Shown here one piece after another: positions 28,664 to 38,390 of a stretch of DNA of 50,805 nt. The notes under the pieces were generated by a model. That model was not told where the DNA came from. It was given only the letters and a program-made list of their open reading frames with translations, and did no database searches. The translations under genes and the position numbers were made by a program. The DNA is from an uncultured Marinospirillum sp. (GTDB lineage: Bacteria > Pseudomonadota > Gammaproteobacteria > Pseudomonadales > Halomonadaceae): positions 1 to 50,805 of the forward strand of contig CANQLY010000001.1 in NCBI GenBank assembly GCA_947624795.1. The letters run 5' to 3'. How positions within the stretch are numbered: position 1 is the stretch's first letter; each line of letters opens with the position of its first letter.

Positions 28664-29541
28664 TGGATGCCTTGCGAGAGCTAGTTTTTGGATTGCAGCA
28701 AGCCGGTTATTTACCAGAAATGTTTCGTTATGGCTTTCTAACCAATGCACTGGTCGCTGCTTTAATTGTGGGGCCGCTTTTGGGTGCTTTAGGGCCTTTG
28801 GTGGTGGTTAAGCGTTTGGCCTTCTTTTCAGAAGCTGTTGGGCATGGTGCTTTAACCGGTGTGGCTTTGGGGATTTTGTTAGGCGAACCTGCCACCCAGC
28901 CTTTAGCCGCCTTATTTGCTTTTTGTGTGGTTTTTGCCATTTTGCTGCACTGGATTAAAAGCCGCACTCAAATTCCTTACGATGCTTTAGTGGGCGTATT
29001 TTTAGCTTTTGCTATCGCACTGGGTGCTTCTTTACTTTTATACGTGGCAAAAAAGGTCAATGTGCATATTTTAGAAAACGTGCTGTTTGGCTCAATTCTA
29101 ACCGTAAAAGACCAAGACTTATTGGTTATGCTGCTTTTAGCCATTGTTTGTATCGCCTTAATGTTATTCAGCGGCAACCGCGCTTTAATTAGCAGCCTAG
29201 CCCCAGACTTAGCCAAGGTAAGAGGCATACAGGTGCGCTTTTTCGATTATGTGTTTGTCTTGCTCATTGCGCTGATTACCGTGGCTTCAGTCAAAATTAT
29301 TGGTTCTATTTTAGTGGGCGCTTTGTTACTGGTACCCGCTGTTTCTGCCCGAATGATTAGCCGCACGGGTCGAGAGTTTTTCTGGCTATCGATTGTTTTT
29401 GCCACGCTAAGCTGTTTGCTGGGTATTTTATTGCCCATGGCTGGCGCTCTACCCATACCTTCAGGTGCAGCCATAGTGCTAGTGGCTTCTTTTGGGTTTG
29501 TTATTTCCTTAGTTATCCGCCGTTGGAGGTCATTAGCATGA
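28660..29541 (+). CDS. Metal ABC transporter permease (FpvE-like, ABC-3)
   Basis: FFSEAVGHGALTG, LENVLFGSILTV, PSGAAIV. Confidence 0.92.
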   Translation: MMDALRELVFGLQQAGYLPEMFRYGFLTNALVAALIVGPLLGALGPLVVVKRLAFFSEAVGHGALTGVALGILLGEPATQPLAALFAFCVVFAILLHWIKSRTQIPYDALVGVFLAFAIALGASLLLYVAKKVNVHILENVLFGSILTVKDQDLLVMLLLAIVCIALMLFSGNRALISSLAPDLAKVRGIQVRFFDYVFVLLIALITVASVKIIGSILVGALLLVPAVSARMISRTGREFFWLSIVFATLSCLLGILLPMAGALPIPSGAAIVLVASFGFVISLVIRRWRSLA

Positions 29542-30341
29542 AGCGCCACGCTAAGTTTTTAGTGCTTTTTTTAGCCGTATTTTTAACCCTGCCAGCCTGT
29601 GCGGTTAATCAGCAGCAGCCAATAACCACTCAGCCCAGTGTGACTACGGCTGTACCTATAACCCATTTAATTGCTTCGGCATTATTAGAATCTACAAGTA
29701 TCGAGGTTATTTATTTACCACCCAAGCGTTTACCCATTAACCGCATTCCAGCTTGGTTAAACCGTGTAGGCGCAAATGAATTAGCCTTTACTGATGCGGT
29801 GTTAACTATTGAATCCGTTTTACCTGAGCTGGCTATTTTTCCTTTAATGCGCCAAAAAAATATGCGTTTAGCCACCTTAGATTTAGCCCAAGAAATAACC
29901 CCTGGCGGTGCAGGCATTAGCCAACGGCAGGGCATTATCGAACCTGATTATTTTTGGTTAGAAAGCAATAATTTACTATTAATGATTAATATTGCGGCAA
30001 GGGATTTAACCCGCCTTTACCCAGAAGCAGCAGAGCAAATAAACACCAATCGCCAACAAGCCCTACGCCAAGTGCAGCAAATGGCTTTAAAAGTTGATGA
30101 GCTTTTATTACTAGCGAACATTAACTCGCTGGCACTAACCGATGATAAGTTAATGCCTTTAGCCCAAGCCACGGTTTTACCCTTAGTTGCACAAGAAGAA
30201 GCCGATTTAGTAATAAGTAACCGTGCAGAAAAAGGCCAACCAGCCTGGGTGGTAGACCCTTTGCTTCGCCCAGGTGCAGCTAGCCTAGAAGCTTGGTTAG
30301 AGTCATTAGTGGTAAGCTTACAAAGTGCTTTAAAAAAATAG
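29538..30341 (+). CDS. Second, divergent periplasmic binding protein (FpvF-like)
   Basis: Signal peptide, YFWL..NN, AARDL..LYP..A.QI..N; last gene of the operon, as fpvF is. Confidence 0.7.
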   Translation: MKRHAKFLVLFLAVFLTLPACAVNQQQPITTQPSVTTAVPITHLIASALLESTSIEVIYLPPKRLPINRIPAWLNRVGANELAFTDAVLTIESVLPELAIFPLMRQKNMRLATLDLAQEITPGGAGISQRQGIIEPDYFWLESNNLLLMINIAARDLTRLYPEAAEQINTNRQQALRQVQQMALKVDELLLLANINSLALTDDKLMPLAQATVLPLVAQEEADLVISNRAEKGQPAWVVDPLLRPGAASLEAWLESLVVSLQSALKK

Positions 30342-30362
30342 CTTAATTTGTAGGTAGTATAA

Positions 30363-31022
30363 ATGACCGTTTCACTGCATCGCCTGTATTCTTTTCGCCG
30401 CTGTCCTTATGCCATGCGCGCTCGATTAGGCATTCTATTTGCTGAACAAAAAGTTGAACTGCGAGAAGTAGTGCTGAAAAACAAACCAGTGCAACTGCTA
30501 ACCATTAGCCCTAAAGGCACAGTTCCAGTATTAGAGCTAATCAACCCAGACGGTAGCCAGCAGCATGTTATAGAAGAAAGCAGAGAAATTTTAGAATGGG
30601 CGCTAGAACAACACGACCCGCAAGGTTTATTAAACACTGACTTAACCAGCGCCAAAGCACTTATTGACCAAAATGATAACCAGTTTAAGCACTGGCTTGA
30701 CCGCTACAAATACGCTGACCGTTACCCAGAGTTGACCCAGCAAGACTACCGCCAAAAGGGTGAAGTGTTTTTACAAAGCTTAGAAACACTACTGACTAAA
30801 AACAAATACCTGCTAGGCGATAATATTAGCCTTGCCGATATCGGTATTATGCCCTTTGTGCGCCAGTTCGCTCATGTAGATAGAGATGCTTTTTACAGCC
30901 TGCCTTATCCTTATTTGCAAGCTTGGCTAAAAGACTGGTTAGACCACCCAAAATTTCAACAAGTGATGGTTAAATTTCAGCTGTGGCAGGCAGGTGATGA
31001 GCGAGTGATATTTCCTAAATAA
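30363..31022 (+). CDS. Glutathione S-transferase family protein
   Basis: LYSFRRCPYAMRAR, SPKGTVPVL, LDRYKY, PFVRQFA. Confidence 0.93.
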   Translation: MTVSLHRLYSFRRCPYAMRARLGILFAEQKVELREVVLKNKPVQLLTISPKGTVPVLELINPDGSQQHVIEESREILEWALEQHDPQGLLNTDLTSAKALIDQNDNQFKHWLDRYKYADRYPELTQQDYRQKGEVFLQSLETLLTKNKYLLGDNISLADIGIMPFVRQFAHVDRDAFYSLPYPYLQAWLKDWLDHPKFQQVMVKFQLWQAGDERVIFPK

Positions 31023-31199
31023 GCGACTCTCCACCATTTTTTAATTCTTTGAAAGTTAAGACTCCACCTTCAAGCTTTAAACTTTCTGTTAAACAATGTA
31101 ACCTAAACACTCTTTTTTGTAGTAAGAAAATGGCAACTCCAGAAGCACAACTTCTGTAGCAGCTCAGTGGGTTAGAAGTTATTCAGCAGGGGTTTAAGT

Positions 31200-32825
31200 G
31201 TGAAGATTATTAATCGGCTTTATTTGGGTTTTGCAGTAATTCTAGTCATTATACTAACAATAACTTTGGTTGGCTTATATAAAATAAATATTGCAGATAA
31301 AAGCTTAACAGAGCTTTCTCAACAAACTGCGATTGAACAACGCCAAGCAATTAATTTTCGTGGCAGCGTTCATGATAGAGCTATAGCTATTCGTGATGCT
31401 GTTTTAGTGGCTAACACCCAAGATTCTTTAAAGCACCAACAGAACATTGTAGAACTTAATCAGTTTTATCAAAATTCAGCGACTGTTCTTAATGCAATGT
31501 TTGTAAATTTTAAGCATTCGACAGCAGAAAACAGCATGTTTAAAGCGATTAAAGAGGTTGAGAAAACCACGCTAGTTAAAACTGAAAAACTACTTGAACT
31601 CATTAATAGTAACCAGTTTGAACTGGCTAATGATTACCTGCTAAACCATGCTTCACCAGCTTATACTGAGTGGCTAAAACGAATTAATTTACTCATTGAT
31701 TATCAAGAAGTAGCCATTCAAGACCATGTTGCCACAGCTGTTAGTGAGACAAATAGCTTTCAGCACACCATGTTGATTTTAACTTTCTTAGCTTTAGTTA
31801 TTGTTATATTTGTTGCAATGAGTGTTGTTAGTAAACTGAAGAGAATCATTGGCGGCGAGCCTGAAATTGCTGCTTCAATTATTAAAGTAATTGCCTCTGG
31901 TGATTTAACCGTAGAAATTAAAACCAATAAAAATAGTATTTTAAGTGCAGTTGAAGACTTAAGAAAATACTTAACCGACATTACTAAAAACTCAATTGTA
32001 ACTGCTAATAAGCTAGCTTTAGCTTCTAAACACTTGCTTTTAACGGCACAACATAACGAAGACTTAATTAGTAACCAAAAAGACTCGACCGAGCGTGGTG
32101 CTTCAGCCATTGCAGAAATGTCGGCGAGTGTTACCCATGTAGCTAACCACACCAGTGAAGCGGCTAGTTTGGCACAAGCGGCTATGACAGAGTTTACAGA
32201 AGGGCAAGCCGAAGTTAATAAAACTCAGTTAAGTATTAACGACTTGGCTAGTAAGGTTGTGGAAGCTGCTGAAGTGATTCATCACCTTTCAGAAGATAGC
32301 AAAGAAATTAGCCGCGTAATGGAAGTGATAGAAGGCATAGCCGAGCAAACCAACCTACTTGCATTAAATGCTGCCATTGAAGCGGCAAGGGCTGGAGACC
32401 AAGGACGAGGCTTTGCAGTTGTTGCCGATGAAGTGCGTAATCTAGCTTTAAGAACACAAGACTCAACGCGCGAAATTCACCGAGTAATTGAAAAAATGCA
32501 ATCCAGCTCTGGCAAGGCAGTAACGGTAATGAACCAAGGTCAAGAGCAAGCTAACCTAAGTGTTAACCAAGCAAAATTAGCAGGTGAAGCATTAAATGCT
32601 ATCAACCTGTCTGTTACACGTATAACCGATATGAATCAGCAAATTGCAACAACAACCGATGAGCAATCGGCAGTGGCAATTGAAATTAGTGAAAACTTTA
32701 ATCAAATAACCAACTCTGCATTAGAAGCAGAGCAAGAGGCAGCAAAAATAACCCTAGCCAGCAGAGAGCTAGAAGAATTAGCTAAAATGCTAGAACTTAA
32801 TGTTAAGCAGTTTAAAACCAAATAA
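31200..32825 (+). CDS. Methyl-accepting chemotaxis protein (4-helix-bundle sensor)
   Basis: Two TMs; [34 protein letters not shown]. Confidence 0.96.
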   Translation: MKIINRLYLGFAVILVIILTITLVGLYKINIADKSLTELSQQTAIEQRQAINFRGSVHDRAIAIRDAVLVANTQDSLKHQQNIVELNQFYQNSATVLNAMFVNFKHSTAENSMFKAIKEVEKTTLVKTEKLLELINSNQFELANDYLLNHASPAYTEWLKRINLLIDYQEVAIQDHVATAVSETNSFQHTMLILTFLALVIVIFVAMSVVSKLKRIIGGEPEIAASIIKVIASGDLTVEIKTNKNSILSAVEDLRKYLTDITKNSIVTANKLALASKHLLLTAQHNEDLISNQKDSTERGASAIAEMSASVTHVANHTSEAASLAQAAMTEFTEGQAEVNKTQLSINDLASKVVEAAEVIHHLSEDSKEISRVMEVIEGIAEQTNLLALNAAIEAARAGDQGRGFAVVADEVRNLALRTQDSTREIHRVIEKMQSSSGKAVTVMNQGQEQANLSVNQAKLAGEALNAINLSVTRITDMNQQIATTTDEQSAVAIEISENFNQITNSALEAEQEAAKITLASRELEELAKMLELNVKQFKTK

Positions 32826-32865
32826 CGCATTTTTGGTAATAACTTGGTTTTGATAGCTTTAATTA

Positions 32866-32892
32866 GGCACCTCTTAGTAGGTGCTTTTTTTT
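32866..32892 (+). terminator. Rho-independent terminator
   Basis: GCACCT-cttagt-AGGTGC followed by T8. Confidence 0.85.
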
Positions 32893-32908
32893 ATTTGTAA
32901 ATTGTTTT

Positions 32909-32923
32909 TAGACGACTGGTCTA
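32909..32923. promoter_or_regulatory. NemR-type operator upstream of the TetR gene
   Basis: TAGACGACTGGTCTA palindrome resembles the NemR box TAGACC-N-GGTCTA. Confidence 0.8.
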
Positions 32924-32944
32924 GTAGTCTGTATATTAGCACCT

Positions 32945-33532
32945 ATGGAAGATCAAAAAGCTACTCGCACACACATTCTGACCGTTGGTCGTCGCTTAAC
33001 TGCTCAAAAAGGTTACACAGGCGTTGGCCTTAGTGAACTATTAAAAGTAGCTAGTGTACCCAAAGGGTCTTTTTATCATTACTTCGCTTCTAAAGAAGCC
33101 TACGGCTGCGCCTTATTAGAAGACTTTATTACAGAATATAAAGGTCGGTTAGCTAGCTCGCTTCAGCATCCAAAAATGAATGCTAGGTCAAGGTTTCTTG
33201 CTTACTTTACAGATTGGCATAGAAAACAAGTAAGCCCTAACCTAGAAGATCGTTGCCTAGTGGTGCGCTTGTCAGCAGAGGTTGCTGACTTGTCACCAGC
33301 GATGAGCAGTATTTTGCATCAAGGAGTAGTGAGCATTCTTGCTTACTTGGCTAACACTTTAAAAGAAGGTGTTGCAGAAGGCACGATTGCCCAGCTAGAT
33401 GACCCAGTTGCCTTGGCTGAAACAATTTATCACCTCTGGCTTGGTGCAAGTCTTGTTGCCAGTCTTTCACATAATGATGCATCCCTAAACGCAGCCATGC
33501 GTGCTACAGAAGCACTGGTACCACGGCCGTAA
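32945..33532 (+). CDS. nemR: TetR family repressor, NemR-like
   Basis: GYTGVGLSELL...VPKGSFYHYFASKEAYG and conserved Cys in RCLVVRLSAEVADLS. Confidence 0.85.
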   Translation: MEDQKATRTHILTVGRRLTAQKGYTGVGLSELLKVASVPKGSFYHYFASKEAYGCALLEDFITEYKGRLASSLQHPKMNARSRFLAYFTDWHRKQVSPNLEDRCLVVRLSAEVADLSPAMSSILHQGVVSILAYLANTLKEGVAEGTIAQLDDPVALAETIYHLWLGASLVASLSHNDASLNAAMRATEALVPRP

Positions 33533-33546
33533 TTTTTTGCCCAAAA

Positions 33547-33565
33547 ACTAGACGACCGGTCTAGT
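33547..33565. promoter_or_regulatory. Second NemR-type operator upstream of yqhD
   Basis: ACTAGACGACCGGTCTAGT; the core differs from the first site at one base. Confidence 0.8.
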
Positions 33566-33596
33566 AATATCTAGTTTAACGAAAGGAAACAGATTT

Positions 33597-34754
33597 ATGA
33601 ATAATTTTAACTTTCAAAACCCTACCCGTATTTTGTTTGGTAAAGGCACTATAGCTGATTTGAAAAAGCAGGTAGCTACAGATGCTAAAGTTTTAATTAT
33701 TTATGGTGGTGGCAGTGCTGAACGCACGGGTGTGCTGGGTCAGGTACGTGATGCATTGGCTGGTTATAGCCTTGTTGAATTTGGCGGTATTGAACCCAAT
33801 CCTCGTTATGCCACAGCAATGCAAGCGGTTGAAGTGATTAAAGAAAATAACATTGATTTTCTTTTGGCCGTGGGTGGTGGGTCGGTTATTGATGCCACTA
33901 AATTTATAGCAGCGGCAGCAAAATATGAAGGCGATGCTTGGGATATTTTAACCACTGGTGGCAATGTTATTAGCCAAGCACTTCCCTTTGGTTCGGTATT
34001 AACCCTGCCTGCTACGGGTTCAGAAATGAACAATGGTAGCGTTATTACTCATGCTGAAAAAGGGGCCAAGCTGCCTTTTAGTAGTCCCCATTGTTACCCA
34101 CTTTTTTCAGTCCTAGACCCAGAAGTAACCTATACCCTGCCCCCTCGCCAGATAGCAAACGGCATTGTTGATGCGTTTGTTCATATTACAGAACAATACC
34201 TAACCTACCCATTGGCTGCTTATGTTCAAGATGGCTTTGCTGAAAGCCTGCTTCGCACATTAATTGAACTGGGCCCTAAAGCGCTTGAAACACCTAACGA
34301 TTACGCTATTCGTGCTAATTTAATGTGGGTAGCAACTTTGGCATTGAATGGCTTGATTGGTGTGGGCGTGCCCCATGACTGGGCAAGCCATATGATTGGA
34401 CATGAAATAACCGCATTAAATGATACCGATCATGCACGTACTTTGGCGGTAGTTTTGCCTGCTTTAATGAATGATCAGCGTGAACCTAAACGTGAAAAAT
34501 TGCTGCAATATGCCAGCAATGTTTGGGGTATTACCGAAGGCACTGAAGAAGCTCGTATTGATGCAGTGATAGAAACAACGCGCAACTTCTTTGAGCAGCT
34601 AGGCATTAAGACGCGTTTAGGAGATTATGGTATTGCTGCGGCGGAAATTGAAATTATTGTTGCAGCATTAGAAGCGCATGGCATGACTGCTTTGGGTGAA
34701 CATCAAGCCATTAAACCTGCGGATGTTCGCCGCATTCTTAAAGCTGCTTTGTAA
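33597..34754 (+). CDS. yqhD: NADPH-dependent aldehyde reductase / iron-containing alcohol dehydrogenase
   Basis: NPTRILFGKG, GGGS, TLPATGSE, DWASHMIGHE, DHARTLA. Confidence 0.9.
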   Translation: MNNFNFQNPTRILFGKGTIADLKKQVATDAKVLIIYGGGSAERTGVLGQVRDALAGYSLVEFGGIEPNPRYATAMQAVEVIKENNIDFLLAVGGGSVIDATKFIAAAAKYEGDAWDILTTGGNVISQALPFGSVLTLPATGSEMNNGSVITHAEKGAKLPFSSPHCYPLFSVLDPEVTYTLPPRQIANGIVDAFVHITEQYLTYPLAAYVQDGFAESLLRTLIELGPKALETPNDYAIRANLMWVATLALNGLIGVGVPHDWASHMIGHEITALNDTDHARTLAVVLPALMNDQREPKREKLLQYASNVWGITEGTEEARIDAVIETTRNFFEQLGIKTRLGDYGIAAAEIEIIVAALEAHGMTALGEHQAIKPADVRRILKAAL

Positions 34755-34790
34755 ATTAATGGATCAATAAAAACACTTAAAGGAAGCCGT

Positions 34791-37700
34791 ATGCCTTCAA
34801 AACCACACTCCCCTTTAGACTTAGAATTAGACTATGGCTTTATGCTGTTGCAAGGCAATCGCTTGGAAGACTTGCGTGATTTATTAAGCGAATGGATTAC
34901 CAGCTACCCACTAAAGCCGCTAGAAGATGAATGCATTTTAGTGCAAAGCAACGGCATTGCTCAGTGGCTTAAAATGGCTTTAGCCAGAGACCAAGGGGGT
35001 TGTGGAATAGCTGCAGCCATGAAGGTAGATTTACCCGGGCGCTTTTTATGGCAGGCTTACCGCAGTGTTTTTGATGAATTGCCCGAGATTTCCCCTTACG
35101 ACAAAGCCCCCTTAACTTGGCGACTTTACCGCCTGCTAGGTGACTGGCCTGCTTTAGAAGCTCGTGTGCAAAAACTGGGCGAAAACCTTGAAGAACTAGA
35201 GCCATTAAAAGGCTTTCTTAAGCAAGATACCGACCCCCGCCGTTTACACCAGTTAGCCGCCAACCTTGCCGATTTATACGACCAATATCAGGTGTACCGT
35301 GCCGATTGGCTAACCGCTTGGGAAAAAAACAATAACAGCTTAATTACCGCACAAGGCCAAGTTAAGCCACTAGAAACAGCCGACCTTTGGCAAGCAGTTA
35401 TCTGGCGTTTATTAGTAGAAGATGTACAAAAAGATAAAGACTTGCCCGATGCCACTAGTCAGTGGGCAAGGGCTAGCCGTGCCACCATTCACCAAGCTGT
35501 GATTGAAAAATGTAAAAGCTATACGCCAAAAAACCGCCCAGAAGATTTACCTCGCAGGGTATTGGTATTTGGTATTTCTTCCCTGCCACGCCAAACCCTA
35601 GACCTATTACATGCCTTAGCGCCTTTCACCCAGATTATGGTATTTGCCAGCAACCCTTGTCAGCATTATTGGGGCGATTTAGTGGAAGGCAAAGAGCTGC
35701 TGAAGCGTGAATACAAACGCATTAGCGAACGTAAAATTTCTGCCGACCTTAACCCCGAAGATTTGCACTTAGAAGGCCACCCTTTATTGGCTTCTTGGGG
35801 GAAGCAAGGGCGTGACTATTTGCACCTGTTAGATGAACAAGACGAACCCGACAGCTACCGTGAAAAGCTAGCAACAATTAAACGCAGTATCGACTTTTAC
35901 CGTGACCCGCTTGATGAAGGCAACAGCCTATTAAACCAGCTGCAATCAGATATTTATAACTTACGTCCGTTAAAAGAACGCCAAGAACTTAACACCTTTA
36001 TAGACCCTGAAAAAGATACCAGCCTGCAGTTTTTAGTTGCCCACAGTGCCCAGCGTGAAGTGGAAATTTTGCACGACCAACTGTTAGCTACTTTTGAAAA
36101 AGCTCAGCAAGAAGGCAAAGAACGACTGCCCCGAGAAATTTTAGTCATGGTGCCAGACATTAATGTGTATGCGCCGCACATTCAGGCAGTCTTTGGGCGT
36201 TATGCGGGTAAATATGAAGAGCGAGACCCACGTTTTTTACCTTTTCATATTACCGACCAAAGCCAGCGTGGACAGAACACCTTATTGATTGCCCTAGAAA
36301 AACTACTGCAATTACCGGGTTCACGTTTTGCAGTGAGTGAGCTGCTTGATTTATTAGACACACCGGCATTGCGTGAGCGTTACCAGTTACAAGAAGCGGA
36401 TTTACCCCGCCTAAAAGAGTGGATTCAGGGCGCTAATATCCGTTGGGGTTTGAATGCTCAGCAAAAGGGCGATTTAGGCCTGCCAGCCGAAGAGCAAAAT
36501 ACTTGGTTGTTTGGTTTGCGCCGTTTGTTATTAGGTTTTGCCAGTGGTTCCAGTGATGCTTGGCAAGGCATAGAGCCACACGATGAAGTGGCAGGTTTAG
36601 AAGCGGCTTTATTAGGCCCACTGGCGCAATTATTAAAAGATTTAGAACTCACCCGTGCTGAACTGCAAAAGAAACACCCCCCAGCCGATTGGTTAACAAC
36701 CTTTGAAAACTTGATGAAACGTTTTTTTGTTGATACCAGTAAAGCCGATAGCTGGGCGTTAATGAATTTAGAAATTCAGTTAGAGAAATTAGAGAAAGTT
36801 TGGCAGCACGCCAGCCTAAAGAAGCAAAAATTACCGCTTGAAGTGGTCGCAGAAGAATTGCTCAGCGCTTTAGACCAGCCCACCCTAACCCAAAAGTTTT
36901 TAGGCGGCGCAATTAACTTTGCCACCTTAATGCCCATGCGAGCCATACCTTTTCAGCAGGTGTGGTTATTGGGCATGAATGATGGCGATTACCCCCGCAG
37001 TGTTCGCCCCGCCGATTTTGATTTAATGGCCAAAGACTACCGCCCCGGCGACCGTTCCCGCCGTGAAGATGATCGTTATTTATTTTTAGAAGCCCTGCTT
37101 TCAGCCCGTGAAAAGCTAGTGATTAGCTGGGTGGGGCGTAGCATTCGAGACAATACCCCTAGACCCGCATCAGTGCTGGTTGGGCAACTGCGCGACCATC
37201 TGGCAGCTGGTTGGCAACTAACCGATAAAAGTAACTTGCTAGAAGCCCTAACAACAGAGCATCCATTACAAGCGTTTAGTCCCAAGTATTTTATTGAACC
37301 AGATAAAACCAGTGCTACTTATCAAGCCGATCAGCGTTTAATAACTTACGCGCATGAGTGGCAAGCGTTAGTTAGAACAACCAATTCCCAGTCAGATAAC
37401 CATGAGGCTGCTACGCCCGAAGTGTTGCCGCTCTGGTTTCCTGAAAACGCCATTACGCTTAGGCAGCTGAACGACTTTTTACGTTGCCCAACCGAAGCCT
37501 TATTTAAAGAGCGTTTTAAAATTTATTCTTCCCGAGAATTAGAAATTCCGGCAGAAGTTGAAGGGTTTGAATTTGATGGGCTAGAAGCTTGGGGCTTAAA
37601 AGACAGGATTATTCAGCAAACCTTTCAGGCGGAATTAACCACAGGTGAGTATGAGAAACAGCTAGAGGGCGCACTAACCAAGTTAGTTAGCCAAGGCACT

Positions 37701-38390
37701 TTAATTAAAGGCGCTTTTGGTGAACATAAGGGCAAAGAGTTAACCGAACTTTTACCCGAATTATTTGCTAACTGGCAAGAAGCCCGAGGTAATTTGCAAC
37801 CCTTAGCCAAGCCTTTAACTGGCTGGCATGAAATACCTTTAGAGCAGGGCATAATTAAACTTGAATTAAGCAGCGCTTATTTATTAAGTAATGCAGAGCT
37901 AAGCCACTACTCGCAAATTATTGTGCAAACCAGTCATCTAGTTGATAGATATAAAGCCTACTCATGGAAAAACTTAACCCTGCCATGGTTGCAGCATTTA
38001 GCGGCTCAAGTCTTGGTTAAACAACCCATTACAACCCATGTTTTGTCGCCCAAGGGTAAGGTGGTTTTAGAAGGTTTACCTTTAGAAGAAGCTCAAAATC
38101 TATTAAACCAGCTGGTAGGTTATTGGTTGCAAGCAATGCAAGCGCCTTTGCCAACGGCGTTAAATTTAGCAATTCAATGGTTAGAAAGTTTAGCTAAAAA
38201 ACCAGATGAGCAAGATTTAGCCTTTGAAAAATCAGAAAAAGGCTACCAAGCCGATGCCAATTATGCTGAATACTTTGCGCACCTTTTTCCGGATTTTGAT
38301 TCAATTACTAAACAAGCCAACTTTGTATCTTTAATAGAAGGTGTTTACAGCCCACTTTACCAAGCCGTTAAATCGGAGGCCAACTCATGA
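34791..38390 (+). CDS. recC: Exodeoxyribonuclease V gamma subunit
   Basis: GNRLEDL, NPCQHYWGD, LASWGKQGRD, TLMPMRAIPF, DRSRREDDRYLFLEA. Confidence 0.96.
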   Translation: MPSKPHSPLDLELDYGFMLLQGNRLEDLRDLLSEWITSYPLKPLEDECILVQSNGIAQWLKMALARDQGGCGIAAAMKVDLPGRFLWQAYRSVFDELPEISPYDKAPLTWRLYRLLGDWPALEARVQKLGENLEELEPLKGFLKQDTDPRRLHQLAANLADLYDQYQVYRADWLTAWEKNNNSLITAQGQVKPLETADLWQAVIWRLLVEDVQKDKDLPDATSQWARASRATIHQAVIEKCKSYTPKNRPEDLPRRVLVFGISSLPRQTLDLLHALAPFTQIMVFASNPCQHYWGDLVEGKELLKREYKRISERKISADLNPEDLHLEGHPLLASWGKQGRDYLHLLDEQDEPDSYREKLATIKRSIDFYRDPLDEGNSLLNQLQSDIYNLRPLKERQELNTFIDPEKDTSLQFLVAHSAQREVEILHDQLLATFEKAQQEGKERLPREILVMVPDINVYAPHIQAVFGRYAGKYEERDPRFLPFHITDQSQRGQNTLLIALEKLLQLPGSRFAVSELLDLLDTPALRERYQLQEADLPRLKEWIQGANIRWGLNAQQKGDLGLPAEEQNTWLFGLRRLLLGFASGSSDAWQGIEPHDEVAGLEAALLGPLAQLLKDLELTRAELQKKHPPADWLTTFENLMKRFFVDTSKADSWALMNLEIQLEKLEKVWQHASLKKQKLPLEVVAEELLSALDQPTLTQKFLGGAINFATLMPMRAIPFQQVWLLGMNDGDYPRSVRPADFDLMAKDYRPGDRSRREDDRYLFLEALLSAREKLVISWVGRSIRDNTPRPASVLVGQLRDHLAAGWQLTDKSNLLEALTTEHPLQAFSPKYFIEPDKTSATYQADQRLITYAHEWQALVRTTNSQSDNHEAATPEVLPLWFPENAITLRQLNDFLRCPTEALFKERFKIYSSRELEIPAEVEGFEFDGLEAWGLKDRIIQQTFQAELTTGEYEKQLEGALTKLVSQGTLIKGAFGEHKGKELTELLPELFANWQEARGNLQPLAKPLTGWHEIPLEQGIIKLELSSAYLLSNAELSHYSQIIVQTSHLVDRYKAYSWKNLTLPWLQHLAAQVLVKQPITTHVLSPKGKVVLEGLPLEEAQNLLNQLVGYWLQAMQAPLPTALNLAIQWLESLAKKPDEQDLAFEKSEKGYQADANYAEYFAHLFPDFDSITKQANFVSLIEGVYSPLYQAVKSEANS

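Noticed and set aside
31125-31195. Hairpin upstream of the MCP gene as a c-di-GMP-I riboswitch
   Set aside because: It has GGCAAC and a CAGAAG/CTTCTG stem but lacks the GNRA tetraloop, the GACGCAAAGC junction and the receptor stem.
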